Positions 46,020-56,174 of a DNA stretch of 64,000 nucleotides are shown piece by piece. Made by a program: the position numbers and the translations under genes. The number at the start of each line of letters is the position of its first letter. The first letter of the stretch is position 1. Below the pieces are notes generated by a model, which worked only from the letters and a program-made list of their open reading frames with translations, was not told where the DNA came from and searched no databases. Origin of the DNA: an uncultured Candidatus Rokubacteria bacterium (GTDB taxonomy: Bacteria > Methylomirabilota > Methylomirabilia > Rokubacteriales > CSP1-6); NCBI GenBank assembly GCA_963754315.1, contig CAVWFS010000018.1, positions 448,001 to 512,000 on the forward strand. Reading direction: 5' to 3'.

Positions 46020-46361
46020 TTAGGGCCTGGAGGTGTCGCCGACGAAGTTGACGGGCTCTTGGCCGCTGACGACATCGGGACTGATAACCCAGGTTCCCCG
46101 GCAGCTCGCGCCCACAACCTTCCCGGCCCTATCCGTCCCGAACGGCAGAACCGCGACGCTGGTGAGGGCACCCAGGATGCAAAACGTCGCCTTGACGGGA
46201 GCATAGACGAGGGTTCCCAGCACGCTGCCCATGCCGTACCCGACCTGCGCGGGTGTAGTCTCCGCCTTCGTGGATGCCGATCCACTCACTATCTGGGCCG
46301 AACTCGGCGCCCCGAGGCCGACGAGAAGCAACCCCAGCACCACCGCCACGAACCTTGTCAC
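46020..46361 (-). CDS. Hypothetical exported/membrane protein
   Basis: Signal peptide to SSA-Q, hydrophobic core with two Cys, GTWVISPD. Confidence 0.6.
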   Translation of the reverse strand: MTRFVAVVLGLLLVGLGAPSSAQIVSGSASTKAETTPAQVGYGMGSVLGTLVYAPVKATFCILGALTSVAVLPFGTDRAGKVVGASCRGTWVISPDVVSGQEPVNFVGDTSRP

Positions 46362-46468
46362 GGCGTTCCCGCCCGTCCCACCCTGGCCATTGCCGAATGG
46401 TAACGGAAGGCCGCAGGGTTCGCTAGGATTCGGCGGGAGGGGGCTAGAGTCCATTCGAACTTCCCGAT

Positions 46469-47962
46469 CTACGGGTCCGCCCATCCCTTGGCGCGCTCGA
46501 CCGCACGTCGCCATCGGGTCAATCGCGCCTCGCGCTCGGCCGCGGGCATCCGGGGAACGAACGTCCGGTCGACCTGGCTGCGGCCGGCAAGATCGGCGAT
46601 CCCGCGCCAGAGGTTCACGCCAAGCCCGGCGAGGTAGGCGGCGCCGAGCGCCGTCGTTTCGGTGACCGCTGGTCGCTGAACGACCACACCGAGAACGTCC
46701 GCTTGGAACTGGAGGAGCAGGTCGCTGGCAGCGGCACCTCCATCGACGCGCAGCTCGGTCACGGACGTTCCCGAATCAGCCACCATCGCTTCCAGAACGT
46801 CGGCGACCTGATAGGCAATACTCTCGAGCACGGCCCGGGCAAGGTGAGCCGCTGTGGTACCACGCGTGATGCCCACAAGGCAGCCGCGCGCGTAGGGATC
46901 CCAGTGCGGGGCGCCGAGACCCGTGAAGGCCGGGACCAAATAGACGCCGCCCGCGTCGGGAACACTGGCGGCCAGATTGTTGATCTCGGGCGCGGAACGG
47001 ATGAGACCCAAACCATCGCGGAGCCATTGGATGGCCGCTCCGCCGACGAAGACGCTACCCTCGAGGGCATACTCACGAGGCTGACTTCCGAGCTGCCAGG
47101 CCACCGTGGTCAGCAGACCGTGGCGACTCGCGACCGGCTCCCGCCCAGTGTGCATCAGCATGAAGCAACCGGTGCCATACGTGTTCTTCACCATCCCGGG
47201 TTGGCCACAGAGCTGACCGCACAGCGCCGCCTGCTGATCGCCGGCCACGCCGGCCACGGGGATCGAGCGCCCCAGGAGAGCGGGATCGGTCTCGGCCACC
47301 ACACCACTGCTGGGGCGGATCTCGGGCAGGAGCCCCCCCGGCACCTTGAATAGCTCGAGAAGCGTGTCGTCCCAGCACGCTCGTCGGATGTCGCACAGCA
47401 TCGTGCGCGAGGCGTTACTCACATCGGTGACATGGACGGCGCCCGCCGAGAGGCGATTGATGAGCCAGGTGTCGACCGTTCCCACCGCCAGCTCGCCACG
47501 CTCAGCGCGCGCCCGAGCGTCCGGGACATGATCGAGGAGCCAGGTAATCTTGCTGCCCGAGAAGTACGGGTCGAGCACCAGTCCCGTCCGCTCGCGGATC
47601 AGGGGCTCGTAGCCTGCGCGACGCATGTCTTCTAGGAGCGACGCTGTGCGGCGGTCCTGCCAGACGATGGCGCGGTGAATGGGACGCCCGCTCCGGCGCT
47701 CCCACATCACCACCGTCTCCCGCTGGTTGGTCAGCCCGATGGCCGCGATGTCGGCGGCGCCGACACCAGCTTCGCGCATGGCCTGCCGTGCGGTGTCGAG
47801 CTGGGTGGACCAAATCTCGTCGGGGTCGTGCTCCACGAGACCCGGGCTCGGATAGAACTGGGAGAGCTCACGCTGGGCCATGGCGGCCACGGCGCCCTCC
47901 TCGGTGAACACGATCGCGCGGGAACTGGTCGTTCCCTGATCGAGAGCCAGGAGGTAAGGCAT
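46469..47962 (-). CDS. glpK: Glycerol kinase
   Basis: [40 protein letters not shown]. Confidence 0.96.
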   Translation of the reverse strand: MPYLLALDQGTTSSRAIVFTEEGAVAAMAQRELSQFYPSPGLVEHDPDEIWSTQLDTARQAMREAGVGAADIAAIGLTNQRETVVMWERRSGRPIHRAIVWQDRRTASLLEDMRRAGYEPLIRERTGLVLDPYFSGSKITWLLDHVPDARARAERGELAVGTVDTWLINRLSAGAVHVTDVSNASRTMLCDIRRACWDDTLLELFKVPGGLLPEIRPSSGVVAETDPALLGRSIPVAGVAGDQQAALCGQLCGQPGMVKNTYGTGCFMLMHTGREPVASRHGLLTTVAWQLGSQPREYALEGSVFVGGAAIQWLRDGLGLIRSAPEINNLAASVPDAGGVYLVPAFTGLGAPHWDPYARGCLVGITRGTTAAHLARAVLESIAYQVADVLEAMVADSGTSVTELRVDGGAAASDLLLQFQADVLGVVVQRPAVTETTALGAAYLAGLGVNLWRGIADLAGRSQVDRTFVPRMPAAEREARLTRWRRAVERAKGWADP

Positions 47963-48726
47963 CAGAGGGTGTAGGTCTTGTCCTGCTCCAGCAGCACGAG
48001 GCGACCAGCTCCCTCGATGCGCGACAGTTCCTCGGTGGTTTCCTCGTAGAACGGGGCCTTGATGTGGAAGATCCACACGGGCACATCGGGCGGAAGCTTG
48101 TCCAGCTCGCGCTGGATACGCTGGGGCGTCATGTGTTTGGCCACTTCGGCCAGCTTCTCCAACCGGTTCGGAAACGAACATTCCAGGATCACGGCCGCCA
48201 AGCCTTTGAGCTCACACGCCGCCTTCCAGATAGCACTCGTGGGACCGGTGTCGCCGGAGTAGACGAGACCCGTGTGGTCGTCCCGCACGATGAACCCTGC
48301 GGTCGGCACCGTGTGATTGACCGAGATGGGTGTGACCCACACATCGCCCACCCGCTGCTCGCGGCTCTCCGCCATGCTCTGATACGTGAGAACGGGCGCG
48401 TGGGGGGGAAGAGCCGCGAAGTCGGGCCAGACCACATTGTTGAAGACCGAGGTGCGCAAGGTGTCCACGACGGGTTCGATGCTCGTGACGTTGACAGGGC
48501 GGGCCGCCTCGACACAGGCCAGGGTCTCGGCCAGGAAGGCGAGGCCAACCGTGTGGTCGAGATGCGAGTGCGAGATGACGGCGTGCTCGATGGCGAACTG
48601 CTCGGGCACCGTAAGCGCTCCCGGTACGGTGCCGGCGTCGATGAGGATGCGATTGTTCACGAGGAACGCCGAGGGACGCTGACGGAGGCCCACGCTGCCG
48701 TAGCCGCCCAGAACCCGAAAGTTCAT
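47962..48726 (-). CDS. Class II cAMP phosphodiesterase-like MBL-fold hydrolase
   Basis: [43 protein letters not shown]. Confidence 0.82.
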   Translation of the reverse strand: MNFRVLGGYGSVGLRQRPSAFLVNNRILIDAGTVPGALTVPEQFAIEHAVISHSHLDHTVGLAFLAETLACVEAARPVNVTSIEPVVDTLRTSVFNNVVWPDFAALPPHAPVLTYQSMAESREQRVGDVWVTPISVNHTVPTAGFIVRDDHTGLVYSGDTGPTSAIWKAACELKGLAAVILECSFPNRLEKLAEVAKHMTPQRIQRELDKLPPDVPVWIFHIKAPFYEETTEELSRIEGAGRLVLLEQDKTYTL

Positions 48727-48782
48727 CTGGCGCCGAATCCTAGCAGGTTGCCGCCCTCTGCGCCATGTGCTAGAACACGCGC

Positions 48783-49460
48783 ATGAGTGCGGAGACGTTC
48801 GATTTTCCCGCGATGGCGCGGGCGCTCATCCTGGGAGACAAGGACACCGTGGCCCGCAAGACGCGCGAGGGCCTCGACGCCGCCATGGACCCCAAAGAGC
48901 TGATCTTCAAGGGACTCATCCCGGGCATGGACGTGGTCGGTGAGAAGTTTCGTCGCAACGAATACTATGTGCCACAAGTGCTGCTTTCCGCGCGGGCCAT
49001 GTACGCCGGCCTCGACCTCCTGAAGCCGCTCATCACGGCCGCCGCCAAGGGCGACGACTACCTTGGGGTGGTGGTGATCGGTACAGCCCAGGGGGACCTG
49101 CACGATATTGGTAAGAATCTGGTCGCCATGATGCTGGAAGGGGCAGGGTTCAAGGTCGTGAATCTCGGCCGCGACGTGGCCCCGGAGAAGTTCGTAGAGG
49201 CGGTGACCGAACATCGGGCGAATATTGTCGGGATTTCCGCCCTCATGACCACCACCATGCCGGCCATGAAGCGGACCATCGACGCTCTCGTCAAGGCCGG
49301 CCTCCGTGAGCAGGTGAAGGTGATGATCGGAGGCGCGCCCGTCAGCCAGGCCTTCGCCGACGAAATCGGAGCCGATGGCTACGCCAGGGACTCCACCCTG
49401 GCGGTGATCAAGGCCAAAGTCCTGATGCGCGTGGAGGAGCCGACGGAGGCCGTCCGGTGA
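48783..49460 (+). CDS. Corrinoid (B12-binding) protein, cap plus Rossmann domains
   Basis: LIPGMDVVGEKF, GDLHDIGKNLV (DxHxxG), SALMTTT, GGAPV, GADGY. Confidence 0.93.
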   Translation: MSAETFDFPAMARALILGDKDTVARKTREGLDAAMDPKELIFKGLIPGMDVVGEKFRRNEYYVPQVLLSARAMYAGLDLLKPLITAAAKGDDYLGVVVIGTAQGDLHDIGKNLVAMMLEGAGFKVVNLGRDVAPEKFVEAVTEHRANIVGISALMTTTMPAMKRTIDALVKAGLREQVKVMIGGAPVSQAFADEIGADGYARDSTLAVIKAKVLMRVEEPTEAVR

Positions 49461-50374
49461 GGGCGCGAGGGTGGGAGGTCCTCGAGCGTGTCAAAGCCGG
49501 TGAGGTCCTCCTCTTCGACGGTGGATACGGGACCATGCTCTTCGCGGCGGGTTTGCTGAACGGGGCCTGCCCCGAGGCCTGGAACGACACCCATCCCGAC
49601 GTGGTTCGTGGAATCCACCAGGGGTATTTCGAGGCCGGAAGCCACATCGTCGAGACGAATACCTTCGGCGGCACCCGGCTCAAACTCAAAGAGTACGGGA
49701 TCGGAGACCGCACGCGCGAGCTGAACGAGAAGGGCGTGCGATTGGCCCGCGCCGCGGCCCCCACTGACCGCTTCGTGGCCGGTTCCATCGGCCCCACGAG
49801 CTGCGTGCCTGCCGAGTTCGGCGTGGGGGATAACGTCGCCACCGACGACGAGTATTCCGAGAGCTTTCGCGAGCAGGCGGAAGCCCTGGCTGAAGGGGGC
49901 GTCGATCTGTTCGCGGTCGAGACGATGATGTTTCCGCAGGAGGCGACGGCCGCCATCTGTGCCTGCAAGGCGGCCGCCGATCTGCCCGTCATGGCCACCA
50001 TGTTCTTCCAGTTCGAGGAGCTCCACGATCGCGACCGGACCATGTGGGGGGAGAGCCCAGCCGAGGTCGCCAAGAACCTCATGGCCGCTGGCGCCGATAT
50101 CGTCGGCATGAACTGTGGCCGGGGCCCCGACCGTGCCATCGTGATCATCCGTGAGATGCGCCAGGTCGCTGACACGCCCCTGATCGCGTACCCCAACGCA
50201 GGTCTACCTGTTACCAAGGGCGACCACGTGGAGTACGAGCTCGGACCGGAGGAGATGGCTCGAGAGTATCCGGCCCTTCTCGACGCCGGCTGCAACATCG
50301 TCGGGGCGTGCTGCGGCTCCAATCCCGAGCACATCCGTCGCATTGCCGAGGTCGTGCGCGCGCGAGCGAAGTAG
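49457..50374 (+). CDS. Stand-alone homocysteine S-methyltransferase domain (MetH N-terminal module)
   Basis: DGGYGT, ETNTFG, GSIGPT, GMNC, PNAGLP, GACCG Zn ligands. Confidence 0.9.
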   Translation: MRARGWEVLERVKAGEVLLFDGGYGTMLFAAGLLNGACPEAWNDTHPDVVRGIHQGYFEAGSHIVETNTFGGTRLKLKEYGIGDRTRELNEKGVRLARAAAPTDRFVAGSIGPTSCVPAEFGVGDNVATDDEYSESFREQAEALAEGGVDLFAVETMMFPQEATAAICACKAAADLPVMATMFFQFEELHDRDRTMWGESPAEVAKNLMAAGADIVGMNCGRGPDRAIVIIREMRQVADTPLIAYPNAGLPVTKGDHVEYELGPEEMAREYPALLDAGCNIVGACCGSNPEHIRRIAEVVRARAK

Positions 50375-51179
50375 GGCCGCCCTGGACGACGAGACACCGC
50401 GGGTTCTTTCCGACATCGCGCTCGACATCGATCCCGCCGACGTCCTGCGCTTCCAGGGCTACAAGGCGGGGGCGGCGCCGCCCGGACCCGACGTCGTAGC
50501 CCTCTTCGACGAGGCCCTGGCCCTCGGACGGCGCCTCATGTCGCCGCGTGCTGTCGTTCGCTGGCTGCCCGTCACGAGCACGCGTCATGACGAGCTGGAC
50601 GTCGCCGGTGAAGCGCTCCATGTGCCGGGCATCGGCACACGGTGGGGCCCGATCGAGTTCGCGGCAGTGGCCCTGTGTACTGTTGGCGAGGCCGTGGAGC
50701 AGCGGGTTGCCTGGTTGTGGGAAGCGCGCGAACTGCCTCTGGCCTCCATGCTGGACAGCGTGGGCTCGGGCGCCACCGAGAGCCTCGCCGAATATGTGAA
50801 CGACGTGCTCTGCCAGGAGGGTCTGGCGTCGGGCCTACGAGTCACGAACCGGATCAGCCCCGGCTACCGCCCCTGGGACGTCGCCGAGCAGCAGACGCTC
50901 TTCCGGCTCTGCCCCGGTGTTTCCATTGGAATCACCCTCAACGACGCGTGCTTCATGACACCCGGCAAGAGCATCTCGTTCCTGGTGGGCGCCGGCCTGC
51001 ACGCTCGTGTCGATGACTATTTCAGCCAGTGCGCGCGTTGCTGGATGACCGCCTGTGCCTTCCGGCGGGCTCCAGTCGGCCGGGTCGTTAGGTTGGGGGG
51101 CCTCGAAGGGCCCCCCAAACCCCCCGGGCGCTCGGAGCACCCCGCGGGGGACCCGTGGCGCTCCTCGGGGGGTACGTGA
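50343..51179 (+). CDS. Stand-alone MetH reactivation (AdoMet-binding)-like domain; true start probably after 50375; 3' end runs through a repeat
   Basis: LCTVG, LDSVGS...ESLAE, RISPGY..W, GITLND..MTPGKSIS, CARC...CAFR. Confidence 0.75.
   Translation: MPRSCARERSRAALDDETPRVLSDIALDIDPADVLRFQGYKAGAAPPGPDVVALFDEALALGRRLMSPRAVVRWLPVTSTRHDELDVAGEALHVPGIGTRWGPIEFAAVALCTVGEAVEQRVAWLWEARELPLASMLDSVGSGATESLAEYVNDVLCQEGLASGLRVTNRISPGYRPWDVAEQQTLFRLCPGVSIGITLNDACFMTPGKSISFLVGAGLHARVDDYFSQCARCWMTACAFRRAPVGRVVRLGGLEGPPKPPGRSEHPAGDPWRSSGGT
51093..51167 (-). repeat. REP-like element, full inverted copy inside the 3' end of a CDS
   Basis: Reverse complement closely matches 2393-2466. Confidence 0.85.
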
Positions 51180-51240
51180 GGCGTTGGGGCCTCGACGGGG
51201 CTCCGTAGGCCGGTCAGGGCGATCTGGTAGCATGCAAGCG

Positions 51241-51768
51241 ATGTCTGCCGCGGACAACGTCATCCTGGTTGGCTTCATGGGAGCGGGGAAGTCCTCGGTG
51301 GGCCGCCTCCTGGCGCGCCACCTTGGACGGTGCCTGGTAGAAACGGACGACATGATCACCGCGGGTGAAGGCCGCACCATCGCCGAGATCTTTCGTAGCG
51401 ACGGTGAGGTGCGGTTCCGCGAGCTCGAAGCTGAAGTCCTGGACGCCCTGGCCCTCAAGTCCGGAGAGGTCATTGCCACCGGCGGGGGCTTTCCCTGCCG
51501 AGGCGACCGCATGACCAGACTACGCGGTCTGGGGACTGTGATCTGGCTGAAGAGCGACCTCACGGTGGTGTACGAACGGGCTCGGCGGTCTGGGGTCCGT
51601 CCCATGCTGGCCGGCCGTTCCCTAGCGGAGATCGAGGATCTCTACCACCAGCGCGAGCCCTACTATTCGCAGGCGCACATCACCATTGACACCACCGGGC
51701 TTGGCGTGGATCAGGTCGTTGCGCGCGCGGTGTCGATGTTCCGGAGGACGCATGCCGCCCGCCCTTGA
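51241..51768 (+). CDS. aroK: Shikimate kinase
   Basis: LVGFMGAGKSSVG, GEVRFRELE, ATGGG, RPML, R..YY. Confidence 0.93.
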   Translation: MSAADNVILVGFMGAGKSSVGRLLARHLGRCLVETDDMITAGEGRTIAEIFRSDGEVRFRELEAEVLDALALKSGEVIATGGGFPCRGDRMTRLRGLGTVIWLKSDLTVVYERARRSGVRPMLAGRSLAEIEDLYHQREPYYSQAHITIDTTGLGVDQVVARAVSMFRRTHAARP

Positions 51769-53068
51769 CCGTGAGCCCGCATTCCTCGGAGCCGCCGCGA
51801 GTGCCCGCCTCGTGCGCGACGGGACATTGTCGCCGGTCGCGCTCGTGGACAGTTGTCTGGCTCGCATCCGGGCCCTGGACGGCGATCTGCAGGCCTGGGT
51901 GCACGTCGATGAAGTCGGAGTGCGGGCGGCTGCTCGGCAAGCCGAGCAGGAGGTAAAGGCCGGTCGCCTACGAGGTGTTCTGCACGGTATCCCGGTCGGC
52001 ATCAAGGACATCATTCACGTGGCCAAGATGCCCACGCGAGCGGGTGCCGCATTCGCACACTCGGTGCCGGCCCACGACGCTGCCGTGGTGACCCGACTGA
52101 GGGCGGCCGGAGCCGTGATACTTGGCAAGACTCACACCACGCAGTTCGCCCTCCGCGATCCTGCGCCCACCCGCAATCCTTGGAATCGCGAGCACACGCC
52201 GGGAGGCTCATCGGCAGGTTCGGCCGCCGCAGTCGCCGCGCGCATGATTCCCCTCGCCCTCGGAACCCAGACCGTGGGATCGGTGCTGAGACCGGCCGCC
52301 TATTGCGGCGTTATCGGCTACAAGGGGACGTACGGGCTCGTCCCTCTCGATGGGGTGATCCCCCTGGCGTGGTCGTACGACCACGTCGGGGTGTTCGGGC
52401 GGTCGATAGAGGACGCGGCTCTGGCCTTCGAAGTTCTGATGGGCGAGAGCATGCGGATCGCCGCGCCGTCGCAGGCGCCCCGGATTGCCCTGGCGCCTGA
52501 ACTGCTGGCGGTTGCACAGCCTGACGTTGCTGCGCAGGTCACGGCGACGGCCGAGGCTTTCGCCCGGGCCGGCGCCAAGGTGACCGAGATAAAGCTTCCG
52601 GCGTCGTACGCCGGGCTCCACGCCGCCGGCCAGGTCGTGCTGGAAGCCGAAGCGGCTGCCTTTCATGCCGACATGTTTGCCCGCCACGCCGCGGACTACG
52701 CCCCCGGAATTCGAGGGACCGTGACGGCGGGCCTCGCCCATCCGGCGACAGCCTACATCGTCGCCAACCGCGCGCGCTTGCTATTCCGTACGGAGGTCAT
52801 GCCGCTCCTCGCAGCCCATGACGCTCTCTTGAGCCCGGTCGCACCATCTCCGGCACCCGCCGGACTGGGCTCGACGGGTGATCCCTTATTGTGTGCAGCC
52901 TGGAGCTGGGCGGGAGTGCCAGCCGTGACGTTGCCGAGCGGACTCAGCGCTGGCCGGCTCCCGCACGCGGTCCAGCTGGTCCAGGCGGCGGGGGCGGATG
53001 CTCACCTGCTCAGTGTGGCCCTCTGGGGTGAGCGCGTGCTTGGCTTCTCCGCCGAGCCTCCCTCCTGA
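51752..53068 (+). CDS. Amidase-signature family protein
   Basis: GIKD, GKTHT, TRNPW, PGGSSAGS, GTQTVGSVLRPAAYCG; GGAGG RBS. Confidence 0.9.
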   Translation: MPPALDREPAFLGAAASARLVRDGTLSPVALVDSCLARIRALDGDLQAWVHVDEVGVRAAARQAEQEVKAGRLRGVLHGIPVGIKDIIHVAKMPTRAGAAFAHSVPAHDAAVVTRLRAAGAVILGKTHTTQFALRDPAPTRNPWNREHTPGGSSAGSAAAVAARMIPLALGTQTVGSVLRPAAYCGVIGYKGTYGLVPLDGVIPLAWSYDHVGVFGRSIEDAALAFEVLMGESMRIAAPSQAPRIALAPELLAVAQPDVAAQVTATAEAFARAGAKVTEIKLPASYAGLHAAGQVVLEAEAAAFHADMFARHAADYAPGIRGTVTAGLAHPATAYIVANRARLLFRTEVMPLLAAHDALLSPVAPSPAPAGLGSTGDPLLCAAWSWAGVPAVTLPSGLSAGRLPHAVQLVQAAGADAHLLSVALWGERVLGFSAEPPS

Positions 53069-53117
53069 TGTGCCACGTAACGAGGGGCCGCGAGGCTGAT
53101 CCGACGAACGGCGGAGT

Positions 53118-56100
53118 GTGCCCGTGAGGAAGGGTCGCGTGTTCCTCGACTTGCTAGCCCCGCTCGATGCAGACATTTCAATCGACGAGGGGTTGAGGCG
53201 GATGCTGCGTCGCCTCGTTCGCATCACGCGCGCAAAGGCGGGACTGCTCGTGTTCGACCCGCCCCGGCGAAGCCGTCTCATGGTGACCGCCTCGACCCGC
53301 GCGAGCGACGCGAGGCTGGAGGCCACGCTCCGGGAGCGCGTGAGTGCCGAGCCTCGGCCCACGCGGCGCGTGCGTACCATCTGTCCCACGCGGGTCGGCG
53401 CTCTCCTGCGGATACCGCTACCAAGCAGCGCCGGTCAGATCGGTCAGATCGGAGAGATCGCGCTCATCGGCCCCACGCGGGCCATGACCTTGCGCCCACT
53501 TCCACCGAGCTTCTCGCGCGAGCTGGGTGCGGCCCTTGAACAGGTCTGGTGGCTCCACCGGCGCGCCCTCCGCATTCAGGTTCTCAACCGTGTCACCGAG
53601 TTCGGTAGCTCGCGGCATTCGCTGGAAGAGGTCCTCGCCGTCGCCGTGGACGCGCTCGCCCGTCTCGTCGACTTCGACACGATCGGCGTAGGTCTGCTGG
53701 ACACCGACCGTGACCCGCCGCTGTGCGTGGATTTGCTTGCGGGATCGGCGCCAGGTTCTGACAGCTGGATCGTCCGACTCCCTCTCGACGGCGCCCTCCT
53801 GGGGCGCGCAATGTCGCAGAGCGATCCGATCCGGGTCGACGACGTTGCCGCCGCTGACATGGGAGCGGACCCAGGCTGGGGGTGCCTTCTCGCCCAGGAG
53901 TGTCGGGCGGCTCTCCTTGTGCCCCTGGTATCGCGGGCCGGGGTCTTCGGGGCGGTGGTCCTGGGTTCGCGCAAAGTCGGTGCCTTCGATCGGGGGGACG
54001 TCGAGATCGCGGTGCAGATCGCGCGGCCACTCGCTGCCGCTATCGAGCAGCACCGTCTCGTCGATGAGAGCCAACGACGTACCGAGGAGCTGGCCGCGCT
54101 CTATCGGACGAGTCAGCTCATCGCGGCGCGCCTCGATCTTCCCTCGGTCCTCGACGAGATCAGCCGGGCCGTCTCCGTTCTCATCGGGAGTACGGGCTGC
54201 GGCATCGGGCTTCTCGATGAGAGCCGGGCGAACCTGGTGCACGCGGCGGCGCACGGGTTCCAGACCGACGCGTGGCGGGCTTTGTCCATGCCCGTAGGCG
54301 AGGGGATCATCGGGCGCTGCGCCGAGGGTGGGGTGGCGATCCGCGTGAGCGACATTCGGTCTGATCCGCGCTCGGCTCGCCGCGATGTCGACGAACAAGA
54401 GGGTATTCGCGCCATGCTGTGTGTCCCCCTCAAGGACGGGCGTGAAACCATCGGTGTCATCTCAGCTTTCTCCACGCGACCCGGTGTCTTCACCGCTCAC
54501 CATCAGCGTGTGCTGGAGGCGTTCGCCGAGCAGGCCGGGATCGCCATCCACAACGCTCAGCTTTTCGAACGGAGCGAGCGACGGGCTCGGGAGACGCGCG
54601 CCCTGCTGGAGGCTGGTCGCTCGGTGACGGCCAGCCTGGACATCGGCCGCACCGTGCAGGTCATCATGCAGCAGGCGCGCGGCGTGCTCGGCGTCGAGTC
54701 GTGCAGCATCATGCGGATCGATCCCGCCTCCAGCGACCTCGTCACTCTGGCCAGTCTGGACCTTCCCGAGAACATGGCGACTCAGATCCGGCTCAAGATG
54801 GGTGAGGGGATCGCAGGCATGGCCGTCCAGGAACGCCGGCCCGTGCAATCGGCCGACCTGGAGGCGGACGCTCGTGTGCGCTACCCGCACCTGTCCCGTG
54901 GCGGCGGATTCCGATCCATGCTCGCGGCCCCGCTGCGAGTGGGCGACCGTGCGGTGGGCTGCATCAGCGTGTTTCGGCGGGATGCGCACCGTTTCTCAGT
55001 GGCCGAGGAAGAGCTCTTGCTGGCCCTCGCTGACCAGGCGGCCATCGCCCTCGAGCATGCGCGTCTCTACACAGAGCAGGAGCGGATCGTAGCCGAGCGC
55101 ACGCGTGAGCTGGACACACAGAAGCGCTTCGTGGAAGTTGTCTTGGAGACGATCCCTCTCGGCGTATTCGTCCTCGACACCGGATTTGGTGTTGTCCATG
55201 CGAACGCGGCGGGGGCACGCGTCCTCGGGGTGGCCCATCCGGCTGGCCAGACCTTCCCGTGCCTCCTCCCCGAGGAGCTGGACCTCCGCCTCTGCGAATT
55301 CCTGCAGGGTGCGCTGCGCTCTCCGCATACGACCTTTCTGGAAGCTGAGGTCGTTCTGGCGGCAGAGGCGCGGACCTTGCGGTTCACAGCGGCCCCACTG
55401 GGGGCGGCGGGCGAGAAGGCGACCCATCTCGTGCTTCTGGTCGACGATATCACCCTGGCCAAACGCCTGGAACAGCGCATGCTGCTCACGGAGCGATTGA
55501 CCACGGCGGGCCGGCTGGCGGCGGGGGTCGCCCATGAACTCAACAATCCGCTGGCCACCATCGCCGGCTGCGCGGAGTCGCTACAGGCGCGGACCCGGGA
55601 CGGGGCGTTTTCCTCGTTTCCAGATGCCGACGACCTTCGCCACTATCTGGCGCTGATCGAGGAGGAAGCGTATCGCTGCAAGGAGATCACAAGCAGTCTG
55701 CTCCAGTTCGTTCGCGATCCCGGCGTGCGCCGGACGCCCACCGATCTGAACGGGTTGGTCCAGAAGGCGGTCGAGTTGCTCTCCCACCAGTCCCGCTTCT
55801 CGGGTCGGCGGTTCGTGGAGGAACTCGATCCCGAACTGCCCCTGGTCACCCTCAATGAAGGGCAAATGCGACAGGTGTTCCTGGGACTCGCCTCCAATGC
55901 CCTGGAGGCGATGGAAGCCGCGGGTACCCTCACCGTTCGCTCGCGGCAGCGACGGGGAGAGATCGAGGTTGAATTCGAAGACGAGGGTCAAGGGATTTCC
56001 GACGAACTGCTGGGAAGGATTTTCGACCCCTTCTTCACGACGAAGCCGCCTGGCCAAGGCACCGGACTCGGCCTCGCCATCGCCCAGGGGATCGTGGCGG

Positions 56101-56174
56101 ACCACGGTGGCCGGATCGAAGTGACATCGCGGCTCGGAAAGGGCAGCCTGTTCCGAGTGGTGCTACCTGCGTGA
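53118..56174 (+). CDS. Cytoplasmic multi-GAF + PAS sensor histidine kinase
   Basis: Three GAF-like repeats, PAS-like region, AHELNNPL, DEGQG, FFTTK..G.GTGLGL. Confidence 0.9.
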   Translation: MPVRKGRVFLDLLAPLDADISIDEGLRRMLRRLVRITRAKAGLLVFDPPRRSRLMVTASTRASDARLEATLRERVSAEPRPTRRVRTICPTRVGALLRIPLPSSAGQIGQIGEIALIGPTRAMTLRPLPPSFSRELGAALEQVWWLHRRALRIQVLNRVTEFGSSRHSLEEVLAVAVDALARLVDFDTIGVGLLDTDRDPPLCVDLLAGSAPGSDSWIVRLPLDGALLGRAMSQSDPIRVDDVAAADMGADPGWGCLLAQECRAALLVPLVSRAGVFGAVVLGSRKVGAFDRGDVEIAVQIARPLAAAIEQHRLVDESQRRTEELAALYRTSQLIAARLDLPSVLDEISRAVSVLIGSTGCGIGLLDESRANLVHAAAHGFQTDAWRALSMPVGEGIIGRCAEGGVAIRVSDIRSDPRSARRDVDEQEGIRAMLCVPLKDGRETIGVISAFSTRPGVFTAHHQRVLEAFAEQAGIAIHNAQLFERSERRARETRALLEAGRSVTASLDIGRTVQVIMQQARGVLGVESCSIMRIDPASSDLVTLASLDLPENMATQIRLKMGEGIAGMAVQERRPVQSADLEADARVRYPHLSRGGGFRSMLAAPLRVGDRAVGCISVFRRDAHRFSVAEEELLLALADQAAIALEHARLYTEQERIVAERTRELDTQKRFVEVVLETIPLGVFVLDTGFGVVHANAAGARVLGVAHPAGQTFPCLLPEELDLRLCEFLQGALRSPHTTFLEAEVVLAAEARTLRFTAAPLGAAGEKATHLVLLVDDITLAKRLEQRMLLTERLTTAGRLAAGVAHELNNPLATIAGCAESLQARTRDGAFSSFPDADDLRHYLALIEEEAYRCKEITSSLLQFVRDPGVRRTPTDLNGLVQKAVELLSHQSRFSGRRFVEELDPELPLVTLNEGQMRQVFLGLASNALEAMEAAGTLTVRSRQRRGEIEVEFEDEGQGISDELLGRIFDPFFTTKPPGQGTGLGLAIAQGIVADHGGRIEVTSRLGKGSLFRVVLPA

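Noticed and set aside
46362..46468. Possible riboswitch between glpK and the exported protein gene (GCCGAATCC-like segment)
   Set aside because: The rest of a c-di-AMP or other known aptamer is missing
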